A program made the translations under genes and the position numbers. The notes beneath the pieces were generated by a model that searched no databases, was not told the origin of the DNA, and saw nothing but the letters and a program-made list of their open reading frames with translations. A stretch of 63,405 nt of DNA, filler included, from Dugesia japonica (taxonomy: Eukaryota), in NCBI GenBank assembly GCA_001938525.1. It is 6 parts of 6 records of this genome, joined end to end, with 100 filler letters (N's around TTAATTAATTAA, not from the genome) between each part and the next. Parts side by side here need not be neighbours in the genome. Positions count along the whole stretch, not along the records: positions 12,361 to 21,212 come from MQRL01637244.1; positions 21,313 to 30,797 come from MQRL01292198.1; 4 more parts are not named here. The stretch is one strand, 5' to 3'. The number at the start of each line of letters is the position of its first letter. The stretch's first letter is position 1. Positions 12,361 through 24,008 of the stretch are shown here, in pieces.

Positions 12361-14240
12361 ATATGGTTTTTATAGGGTGATTATAGGCTTATTATAGCAT
12401 TTATAAGGTAATTATAGAGTTATTATATGGTTTTATAAGGTAAATATATGGTTATTATAAAGTTTTATATGATCTTATAGTGTTTTTTACCGGGTTCTTA
12501 TTAAAATTATAAGGTTTCATATGTCATTGTTGTGTTTTATTGGATTTAATATGATCTTATTGGTTATAATTTTGGAAATTGCATAAATATCTATGTAATC
12601 CTTTGAAAAATTGCATGTAAGTCTATGTTGTATTTTCAAACATAACATAACATATGGCGCTAAATGTTCACAAAATTAAATGTAAAACATAGGAAAAATA
12701 ACACAAATATTGCATAGAAGACAATAAAAGTTTACATAAATTGCTAATACGTATATTTTATATTTTCAAACCCAACATAGATGCATGGAACGTTTTAAAA
12801 AGATAACACAGATGCCATTAGAGTCTAATACAATAAATTCATACCCAGTTAGCTAATTGAGTCTTATACATAGAAAATCAATGAATATTATAAATACAAT
12901 TAACATCATAGAGTTATATAATACACACAATACATCTAATATGCCAATATAATACATACAATAAATCCAATAGTATGTTATAATACACACATTACACTCT
13001 AAAAAGTCATATAATACACGTAATTTACACAATATAGTGATATAATAAAAGCATAATATACTATTTATTTATTTAATACAACAAATATACCATATAATAC
13101 ACATAATACACAAATTAATGTCATAAATTACACACAATATACTATATAATACACACAAAATACAAAATAAAGTCACTTAAATACACAGAATAAACCTAAA
13201 GAATATAAATAAAAACATACAATACACACAATACAGTTAATAAATGCCTAAAATAAGCATAATAAAGACATAAAATACATATTATAAAACCAACAGAGCC
13301 AATAATAATAAATCCGATAAGACATACAATAAAATTATTTAACTAAAAGAGTCATTGAATGCACATAAATAACTCAATTGAACTAGTTCAATTCACATCA
13401 TTAACTCCATACTTACATTTAAATGCGTATAATAAACCAAATATATTCATAAACATACAATAAACTCAATATAGTTGTATAATATACATACCAATACCCC
13501 GATAAAGTCACTTAAATACACACACAAATAACCTAGTATAGTCTTATACGCATGAAACCAACGTGTCTTATAGATAATAAACTAATGAGTCTTATACATT
13601 AAATCCTATAGATTTATATAATACACATATTATACACAATATAGCTGTATAATACATTTAATAAATCATAAAAAGTCAATAAATACACACAATTAAACCA
13701 ATAGGGTTACCAAATACATACATACAATAAGCCATATAATACACAGACAAATTATTTAATGCACACAATACACTCAATATGGTCACAAAATACAAACAAT
13801 AAACCAAAACACATATAATACACACTATAAACCTAATAGTGTTTTATGATACACACTCTAAACCCATTAAGTCATACAATACATATAGTAAACCATATTG
13901 TCACTAAATACACACATGCAATGAAACCAATAAAAGTATATACATAGTAAACTCAATCGAGTTTCTTAATTACATACAATAACTCCTATAGAGTAATAAC
14001 TACATAACACACTCAATATAGACATAAAATGCATACAATAAACCGAATAATTTCATATAATACACTCGCAATGAACCTAATATTAACAATAAATACACAC
14101 TTCAATTGGACTAGTTAAAAGATACAATAAACGTCATAAATACAGTTAAATTCATACAATAGACCTACGTTATACTATTAAATACCCTAAATAAAGTCAA
14201 TAGAGCTATTTATTACACATAATACATAAAAAATACTCAT
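12361..14240. repeat. Degenerate satellite-like tract (TTATAGGG-like units, then ~30-35-bp AATACACATAATAAACC-like units)
   Basis: Dozens of aatacaca / taatacac / taaacc motifs; related reverse-complement array at 37860-38210. Confidence 0.75.
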
Positions 14241-14659
14241 CAATGTAAAATAATATTAAAGTCGACCGGGGGAATATTAAAATTTAATACATATTAATAA
14301 ATCATAAATACATGTCAGGCGATGAAAATGTAAAATTAACAAAGGACTTAACATCTGATTAGTAATGGATTTGTATAATATTATAGACAATATGTTTGAA
14401 CATATAACTCCATCGGTTCAAGATAATAATAGTTAATATTAATCTAATAACTATTTAATAGTATTTGATGTTCAAGAAAATGATGTAAAAATAGTTGAAA
14501 TAGATGCATTGACAGAGGAAGAGATGAGCGATACTCAATCTGATCCAATTACTTACATTCCGAATAGGTTAAATATAACTCTAAGTAATATGCCCATTGA
14601 TGTAATTCTTTGTGATAGGTTATCTCGAATTTTAGAGAATTTAATAATTTTTAATGATG

Positions 14660-14935
14660 TAGCTAATGAAAAGAATCAACAAATACAAATATACATTTTA
14701 CAAACAAACTTTGAGTTAAATAGAAATTCAATAATTAATAATAGCAACTGCGTTATCTCTTTCAAATTAGGTAAGCGAGACAATCCACAAGGATAGTTTT
14801 TACCATGATGTATTGAGTAACATTTTTACCAAAAAACTTGAATATGTTTACGATGTAGAAGTTGATTGGAAAACAAAATATAATTACTTTTATCTAGACT
14901 ATGAAAATACAACATTAATGACAAGTTTATTTGGG
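14660..14935 (+). pseudogene. C-terminal remnant of a Polinton packaging ATPase
   Basis: YILQTNFELNRNSIINNSNCVISFKLGKRD and WKTKYNYFYLD match HISQTYFHLDKKSIRNNFICFKFFKLNKTD and WKTKYNYYYLD of the ATPase at 32822-33622. Confidence 0.75.
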
Positions 14936-16224
14936 TGAGTTACATAAATTAATAAAATTAATATATCAATCAAAGAAAGTTTTGGCAATTTGAGTAATTT
15001 GAAAATACATTTTCTTTTCCAAATTAAAAAAATAGAAGATTTTATTCTTTGTCTTTTTGATTGGTGGAGCTCCAAATAACCTCAAGATTATTGTATAATC
15101 ACTTTAATCCTGAAACCTATATATTATTACTAATTCATGTGGATTGTATGGGACACCACAAGGATTGTAAACTGATTTTAAATTACTATTTTTGGGCTAG
15201 AACACCAAAAATTTGTCGAAATAATAAAGGAGTAAAGAATAGGGAAAATGTGTAAAATGAGGACGAGTAGACACCAAATTGATGAACTGGACCAAAAAAT
15301 ATTATCTTGAAAATCATTATTATTATAATTATGGGTATTNNNNNNNNNNNNNNNNNNNNNNNNNNNNNNNNNNNNNNNNNNNNNNNNNNATTATTATGTA
15401 ATTATTATTATTATAATTATTATGGCGAATTTTGGAAAATACCGAAAAATTAAAATCAAGCGTAGAGGACCCAAATCTAATGACACGAAAGTAAAAATAT
15501 ATGTAAAGAAAAGTAATGATAAATTGAATAATAAAAATAATATAAAATAATAATATAATAATTTATTAAAGGGGTCTCTTCGACCCTATTTCATTATTAT
15601 AATAACGCTGTATCGAGTTTAATATTAATTATTATATTTTAATTAACCTGGTCCAGTCACGATTATCTGGTTTTTCCCTGCGATGATTCAGACGAAACAC
15701 CAGACAGTGAAACAAGGACATTCTCCTGATGACACGAATTTGGTTTTTCCAAATTCGATGTCAATCATCGTCCGGATAGAGAAATCCAGAAATTCAGTTA
15801 GAGACAAGAAGCCATAGCCAATGGGAGGAGGCTATTTTAAAATGGAGAACGACGATTGGTCGAGCAATAAGGGCTCGTCAATCTAAAAATGATAAAACCG
15901 AATAGCCAGAAAGAAAACACAGCACTTTGTTTATACTGATTTTAAAAAATTTACTAAAAAAATCTTTAAATCAGGAAAACCTCCATTTAAAGTTGAATAA
16001 AATTACTAGAGAAACCTTTGAAAGAGAGAAAACCTTCATTTACGATTGGATAACAGGACAATTTCATTGAACCAGAGGCGAAAATAGAGATTAAATAAAA
16101 AGTAAACTTTAATTTGTATATTGTGCATTTAACCATCATCTTACCTATATGTATCTGAGTGCCTTACCCTGAATCTGGAGATCGTGCCCTCGAAAATATA
16201 TAATGTATATGGATGGCCTTACTT

Positions 16225-16595
16225 AAATAAGATGACGAAGAAAATCAGCATATTTATCCAACAAGTAAATAGGAGATGATGAATGAAAATCAGGACGTTC
16301 ATTATGTAAATTCGCACGAGATGATGAAAATGAAGATTCAGCACGTTTATTAAGTAAATTTTATATGTGATGAGGAAGAGAAATCAGCACATTTACCAAG
16401 CCAATTTACATGAGATGATGAAGAACAATCAGCATGGTTATTAAGCAAGGTCTTACGAGATGATGTAGAGGAAAAGGCAGCACTTAATAAGCACACTTAT
16501 TAAGCAAATTGTATGAGAGAATGACGAAAAGTCAGCAGATTTATTAAACCACTTTCCATGAGATAATAGAGAAAATTTTGGCACGTTTATTGAGC
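16225..16595 (+). repeat. ~42-43-bp tandem repeat inside the LTR (about 8-9 degenerate copies of GAGATGATGAAGAAAATCAGCACGTTTATTAAGCAAATTTTACAT)
   Basis: Periodic gatgatgaag...tcagca...ttattaag units. Confidence 0.85.
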
Positions 16596-16597
16596 TA

Positions 16598-16933
16598 TTG
16601 AACGAAAAACTGGGAAACTACGAGAAGAAGAAGACGGAGATGCTTCGCAAAGGTGGCCAGTTGGTGTCCAAATTCAGAATAGTCAAACAGCAGCTGATCG
16701 ACACCCAAAGTTCGTTTCAACGATGTCAGCAGGAGAACAAACAGCTTCGCAAGGAAATGCAGTTGATCCAGGAAGGAGTAGTAAAATTGATTCAGGGTCA
16801 CACAGAGAGTGGTGCACTGCTGGGTCAATTCGAAGATCGGCTCCTGTTGAAGACACCCGAAGGTATTGCAGAGAATACCAGCTCCCCGAGTCCTATCATT
16901 GTAAAGGTGAAGTCATTAGCAACGGCTAAATAA
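16598..16933 (+). CDS. LTR-encoded coiled-coil ORF A (start uncertain)
   Basis: 111-codon open frame, GC-rich relative to its flanks and rich in Q/E/K/L heptads; AATAAA overlaps the stop. Confidence 0.55.
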   Translation: MNEKLGNYEKKKTEMLRKGGQLVSKFRIVKQQLIDTQSSFQRCQQENKQLRKEMQLIQEGVVKLIQGHTESGALLGQFEDRLLLKTPEGIAENTSSPSPIIVKVKSLATAK

Positions 16934-17254
16934 TAAACGTTTACGAGCGATCGAATTCTGTTTTATTTGTTTTATTTAAAAAGATTAAATTCCAGTGATA
17001 TGTACGTCACTTTGTTAGTAAATATTTTGAGTCTACCGAGGTAATAGTGAGTCGTATGAACATTATTTATCCACCAGTTATCATTTTTGAATAAGAATTT
17101 AATTACTGAGAGAAATTTAATGATTCGGGTAGTTCAGCGAAATAAATTATTTTTCTTTATAAATTATGATAATTTAAATTGAATCTGCTACATCTCATAT
17201 TGTTCGTATAATTAATAAAAACGAATGCCAATTGAATAATGTCTCACATTTCAG

Positions 17255-17613
17255 TGAACAAATCAAACGACACAAAAGGATTGCGAGTGGATGGAAGTGA
17301 TTTGCAGCACCGATGGAAAGAAGAACGGAGAGAATTGAAAAATGAAATTCTGCGACTGAAAGGACAAGTGCAGAAGTCGGCAGCCTAATACAACCCGATC
17401 AAAGAGAAGGAATTGTCCTTCCAGCTTGCAAACCGATTGATGGCCGACATTATCAAGATGTACGCAGATCGAGAAAGCTCCATGTTCGTATCTCTACGCA
17501 CGTTATGGCTCAATTATCGATCCACAGAAGAGACAAGCACAATAACGGAATCAACAATCGATAAAGGAAATATACTTGTAACAATAAATGTTAATGGGTG
17601 TAGTTTGGAGTGA
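17255..17613 (+). pseudogene. LTR-encoded coiled-coil ORF B (W-x51-RE family), one premature stop, preceded by a tttcag acceptor
   Basis: LQHRWKEERRELKNEILRLKGQ...KEKELSFQLANRLMADIIKMYADRESSMFVSLRTL aligns without gaps to 40706-41016 and 46690-46986. Confidence 0.7.
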
Positions 17614-17888
17614 TTATTGTGCTTGTATTAATTATTGAGTTGAAAGTACTAGATTTATTTTTACTGAGCATGTAAGATCATTGCTGTCTGGGTTCACAGA
17701 TTTAATAAGTAAGACGTGATACCGCAAAGTCGCGCTGAACCCGTGGAAAGAAAGGGGTGACATAAATACCTGTGGTTTTTGCATATGCCCCTAGACATGT
17801 AAATGAATTACTAATTATTAGAAGCGAGATTGATGAGTTCAAAGATAGGATTTTAAGATACCAAATTCTAAAAACCCAACAAGTATTT

Positions 17889-17907
17889 TGGGTGCTCAGC
17901 CGGGATT
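17889..17907 (+). promoter_or_regulatory. Primer-binding site, tRNA-Pro-like
   Basis: TGGGTGCTCAGCCGGGATT versus TGGGGGCTCGTCCGGGATT (complement of the metazoan tRNA-Pro 3' end): 16/19 match, 7 nt after the LTR end. Confidence 0.7.
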
Positions 17908-20900
17908 CTTGGTTTTCTTTTCAAAATAATATCTGTTTTAACTGAATAAAGTGAATAGAAATGATCAAATGAAATTTTGATTAATCAATGCAACCGAATT
18001 TGAATGAAAAATTTGTTGGAGACTAATCGAATGTTAATAAAATTGGTGGATTAAATGAACAATATTTTGGTAGAAACCATGATGATTATGATGACAAGAA
18101 ACTAAAACATGAAGAAGAACAGTAAAATATTGAGATACATTTCATTGAATTGAGAAAAGAATTGATGCATATCAATTATTTAAGAATTGATAAAATTATA
18201 ACAGAATTTGATAAATAATGAAAATTTCAAGTGATAAATTCTGATTTAAATTGTTTTCAAGAGCACGATCATCCGTTTGGCTTAATGAGAAAATTTAATT
18301 TTCCAAATATTTATGAATTTCTTAAATTTTATGCGGGCACTCAGATCATGTAAGATTTAATTTTGTGCATTATTTAATAATGTTCTTAACTTTGCGCATT
18401 TATATTTTATGAATGTACTTTTTTAACATGCGCAGTGTAATTTATAATTTATTTTATTATTATTATTATTTGGTCAGCAAATTCTCATAATAAATTGCAG
18501 TAAATGATTTTAGTAAACGGCTTTAATAAATACATTTTAGTAAAATTTGAATAAAATTTGAATCAATAACTTGATTAGAACCAAATTGTGGGTAATTATT
18601 TTAGTAATACTCTTATTAATAGTGAAATAATGATTTTAATGCCGAAAATACTCTGATATTTTATATTTTTATTTATGTATAGTATTTATATTATATAAAA
18701 AATTTAAATTCGATCTATTTACCTAATTAAAACAAAGTGAAAGTTTAGAAATTTAGATATTTTAATTTTATTTTTATGTAATTTAAATAGATAATTTAAA
18801 ATCCACTCATAAATAATAATTATTAAAGTAAAATAGAAGTTCAATAGAAGTATTGAGTTAGTTTAATATGTAATATTAGTTGGTACAGACAGGCAGAGAA
18901 TTAGGAACATAGCATGCATTCAAATCAATATTGACATAAGACAATTGAAATGCACACAGAGCATAGGAACATAATACGATACATGCAAAGCATAGTAGAG
19001 ATTTTGTGCAATGAGTGGCGATAGGTTTGAGTAATTAGAGGTGCAGCAAGTGAATGAGAGTTGAATTTATGCGAGTATAGGGACTGATTAAAAGAGTTAC
19101 GTCAGTATTGCTGTATTGCGATTTGGCATAGGCATCGAGTTATTGTGTGTGTCATTTGGCGATGCTGCAAAGATGATGATGAGCGTCAACAAATAAAGTA
19201 AGATGTACAAGCTGCTAAATGACAGAGAGTCAGAAGACCTGGACTATCTATCATGCGACAGTGGGATTATTTTACATTATACGTCTATTGATTTAAATTG
19301 AAAAGAGATAGTGGATGCTATGAAAGAGTGGTTCAAATGTCTGGTAGGTGCAAGTGGGCTGGAGGACTTGCACACATCGGGCATTGGGATCAACATAGAT
19401 TCATCATCAATAATCGACAAATAACAATGATTAAATCTCTAGCCAAGTGATTTGGAAGTGAAATGTGTGTGAGATAGAAATCAGGACTTATACGCACTGC
19501 ATCTCCGAATTAAGGGTTATGAGACATCAAATGTGTATGCAAATATTAAATTAAATAAATTATAATAAATAAATGAATGACGATAAAATGATAATGGAGT
19601 GGTTTTGAATGAGCATGGTGGTGAAATTAGAAGATGGATCTCGCAACTCTTCTCATTCAGAGTGCCTCAATTCAAGCATCACCTATTGAATGAATCGACA
19701 GATAAACAATGATCAGGGCGAGTAGTTTAAGTAAAACATCAAATTCAATTTGCTGCAGATGTTCATGGAATATCTGTTGAGTAAATGGCATGCATTGTAG
19801 ATAAAAGCGGGGGAAATTAGATTGACTCACAGGTCAGTTGTCTACGAAGATAATAGTAGTAGAAAATGGACGTGAGTCAATAGAAATTTGACGTTCGTGC
19901 ATCTAAAAGAGCAGCATTAAAAGTGTAGTAATGGTGAGGCAAGTATTAAATAAATTTTAACATGCATTTAGCAGCAGAAAATCGTAACGAGAAGCGAGTT
20001 TTTGGAGTGGGTAAATCAATGACCAGTAATAATATAGTAACAGAAGCGTAAATGAAATTGATATGCAGGAATAAATGAGTAAATAAAAAGCAACGAGGCG
20101 AGTTAAAATTCTAAATGAGCTGAGATATGACTAAATGTAAATGAAGCAGATCAGAATAAAGTAGAAGCGATAACGACTATAAATCAAAGGATAATAAAGT
20201 AGAGTGAGAATTATTGAGATTAAAACCTCCATTGAGAAGGTAAAACAATGAATAAGGGGATTAAATTAATGGATTGAGACGTATCCTGTTGTGATGTGAT
20301 AACAAATCAGAATGAATAATAATATTAAAGAAACGAGATAAGGTGACGATATGCAAAATGTTATTGATGAATAATGAATAAATGGTACCGACAATGGAGT
20401 AATAGTAACTGAAAGTAATGAACGGAGATGGGGACGAGGTGTGCAAGTGGAGTTCTGTGGTTACGGAGTCATATGAAACAATAAACGAATAGTTGAATAA
20501 TGGTAGAATTAAAGTTGGGAGAGGTAATTGATATTAGTTGTGATTTAATTGATGGTTTCATATGAGATAATTATTTGGAATTTAGATTTAAATGTTGTTG
20601 GAGAATTTTATTGTAGTGATTTGGTGAGGTATAATTTCGAGCGTAACCACAGATATGTGAAAGCACCCGAGGAAAAGATTTCATAATGGTGGATGTCATT
20701 TTGGCAAATAGGGCCCGCGATTAGTAAGCTGGAACTTTAAGCTTGATCAACTTTGAAGTGACAGCCGCAATGATCGTTTAATGACTGAAATGATTGAAAG
20801 TGTTATTGACTGTGGGACAGGAATCTTCAAAGTAGTTATTGGAGTGGAAGATCTTCCTTGGATATGCTGGGACGGACTTCGAGCTTCGACGCTTCGGATA

Positions 20901-22099
20901 AGGAGTACCGATCTCGGAAGTCGGATACTTTGTCTGACTTCCACGCTGGGAGAATGGAGTTTAGTCCAGGCGAGATTAACTCAGGAATTCCAGGGGAATA
21001 AACAAAGGAGCTGGCAACGAGCATCGCGTCTATTAAGCTGACCACTTATGGCGTTCGGTTGGTGAGAGTGCGCCTTGACACTAACTACCTACAGCTAACT
21101 ACCATAGCTCTACAAAGTTTTAGATTTGATGGTGAAAAATCCCGGTAGGACAAGGCCACAAATTGTCCGTGGTATCTTGCGATCAGAGGACTCAGTGTTG
21201 ACGAGATGGTACNNNNNNNNNNNNNNNNNNNNNNNNNNNNNNNNNNNNNNNNNNNNTTAATTAATTAANNNNNNNNNNNNNNNNNNNNNNNNNNNNNNNN
21301 NNNNNNNNNNNNAAAATTTTGACCTTTGGAGGAGGGCTGATACAGGGCTCCAGTGTCTACTTACTATAATTGTATTGAATATTTCCTTTGACATTGTTAT
21401 AATCAATTGATTAATCAAACTAATAGGTAGTATTATAATTCTGAAATAAATAATTTTAATAACCATTAAATAATAATAAATTTACTTTAATTAAATTCTT
21501 TCTCTTGATGCCCTTAGATCGTCAATTTGAATTACCGTAATTCTAAAATTAAAATCATAATTATTAAATAATAGCAATAACTTTACATTCTACATCAATA
21601 CACTTGCGAAATTCATATTTTCATTATTATTAATATTGTTCACATCCTAAAAGTATTAGGTTGGTAAGAAAATAATTGCGGTTTTATATAATATTACTTT
21701 AAAACTAATTATTTAAAAAAACCATTTGTTTTAATATATAATATTAATAATATTAATCTATATGTCATTTTGAAGCGAATATTTAATTCTACATTATAAA
21801 AGTAATATTTTATTTTTATTACTATTTTATTGTGAAATATTATTTTTGGAAGACATGTTAAATAAATATCAAATACGACCAATATTCTTATATGAATTTA
21901 AACTGGGATCTTAAGCAGCAAAGACGACTAGGAAAATCAACAACACATTCGGCAATGAAACTGCAAAAGAAAGAACGGTCCAATTTTGATTTTAAAAATT
22001 CAGGAGTGAAGATATAAGAGAAAATGCAAAAAATAAAATAAAAAGTCTTTATTCAATGACTAACTTATTTCAGATTTTTCTGAAATTTTAAGGTACATT

Positions 22100-24008
22100 C
22101 CATATAAGGGTCCATATTAAGAACTTTTTGTTCAAATTGACTACAAAGTTTTAAAAAATTCGACAATTTTTTGATAGTAAACATGTTCTCTTATATAACC
22201 TCTACATTTTCTTCACTTTCATCATTCTTTTTATTGCCATAACTTGTCAAAATATTGTCAACAGTAATATTTTCTTCATTATTTACAAGATTCTCAGTGA
22301 TATATTCTGATTCAAAATTTCCAAATCCGTCCCCACTAACTCTCATACCTAAAGTCACAATTTCCACAATTTCTTGAATTTCAATTACAGTTCCCCTAAT
22401 GCAGCTTTCTGGCAATAATTGTTTTCATATAGCATTCATTGTTGAGTTTTTAATTTCATCCTACACTAATTTAATATTTTTACAGAAGTTAGGATGTTAA
22501 ACTGTCGCCAATACTTACGAATTGAAAAACTAGCTGGTCTATCAGTAGCTTCAATTAATTGTTGAAGATCTATCCTAGATAAAACATCTTAAATGCCGCA
22601 ATGATGCATTAGTCCATCGGCTGAATTAAGGGTGTCTTATTTGAACTCAGAAATATCTCTTTAATGTTATTGTGCAATTCAGTTAAATGTGCTGGGTGAC
22701 TTGGTGCATTGTTTAGTATGAAAATAATTTTAAAGGTTATATTTTTGTTTCTATAGTAAGTCTCAACTTCTATAAAAAAAGCAATTTAAAAACCAGTTCT
22801 CAAAACGCTTTGCAGTCATCCAAGCTTTTCTGTTTGATACCTAATGAAATCGGAGTGAGTTCTTTGTTATTAAAAAGCACGAGAATTTTCAGATGTATAA
22901 ATAAATAGCTATTTGTTCTTAAAATCACTAGCTGCATTTCCGCTCAATACAACTATCTTTGGAAACCTGGAACAGTTTTCTCTTCCTTTGTTTTAAACAT
23001 TCTACTGGAAATTCTTTTCCAAAATAATCCAGTCTCATCCGCATTGAAAACGTGACTTGGTAAATATCCATCAACATCAATGATTTTTTTAAGTATTTGG
23101 ATATAAAGATGCAGCTATTGTATCAATATTGGCTGCTTCGCCTGTAAACTTTATATGATGTAGATTCTGGAAAATGTTTTAACTTTTCAAAACATCCTTT
23201 AAGGGCTTTGAATTTAATTTCTCCAAGATAAGATGACCCAGGTTCTTCCTTTTGTAAGCGATTAAAGATTAACGAAGCTGTAGTTCGAATAATCTCACCA
23301 CTAAGTGCTATTCTCTTTTGATCTTCAATCTTAAAACTTATTCTGTTTTTTCAATTATTGAATTTTAAGGTTTTTTGAAATGTTTTTGCAGCTAGCGATT
23401 TGGAACAAGTTACTGAACTTTTAATTTTTCCTACATTTAATTTAATTCTTCTTATGCTGGACTCGTTCATTTGGTGTCTATTAGCTATAACTGATATTTT
23501 TTGCCATTTTCTAGTTGCTTCACAATTTCAAGCTTTACCTCTAATGCCAAAAATTTATTTTTCCCACCTTTTCTCATTATTATATCTGGGCTATAAAAAT
23601 TATTAAAAAACCTTTGTAATTATTAAATCACAAATTTTATTTATGGTTACATCTTTTAATTTACACGAATATAATTTTCTTGAATTTAATACATAAATAT
23701 AGATTATACAACACTTTTAAATATATATTAATTAAAATTATGTAATTTTATATCTCTCCTTCTAACATGACTACTAGAAAATTAAACTATCCACATTCTT
23801 TTTAAATAAGAAGAATGTAAAGATGAAAATACGGTGAAATTTTGGTTTCATATATTTTACTGGATTCACCAGTATGAATCAACTGATTTTCTTTATTATA
23901 AATTTTAAAAAAATAGCGCAGCTACGATTTTAGTACCGCCAGGATTAAAGTTTTGGTATTAGAACTTGGTGGTGCAATAGCGAAACCGCACAGGTAGAGA
24001 CTTTACTG
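22100..24008 (-). mobile_element. Tigger/pogo DNA transposon remnant (CENP-B HTH plus DDE_1 transposase pseudogene)
   Basis: GYLPSHVFNADETGLFWKR, HIKFTGEAA, LNNAPSHP and LIQPMD motifs on the minus strand; the 5' end reads TA|CAGTAAAG at 24008. Confidence 0.9.

Larger units (their letters stand above)
15190..17881 (+). mobile_element. Large (~2.7 kb) 5' LTR of a Gypsy-type element with internal ORFs
   Basis: Starts TTTTGGGCTAGAACAC (one mismatch to TGTTGGG), ends AACCCAACA and is followed by a PBS. Contains CCAAT boxes, a tandem array and two ORFs. Confidence 0.75.

Noticed and set aside
15710-15770. Hammerhead ribozyme at CTGATGA plus hairpin
   Set aside because: No GAAA box after the stem, and the homologous copy reads CTGACGA, also without GAAA.
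16225-16595. CRISPR-like array
   Set aside because: Contiguous degenerate tandem units without unique spacers, no cas genes and a eukaryotic context.
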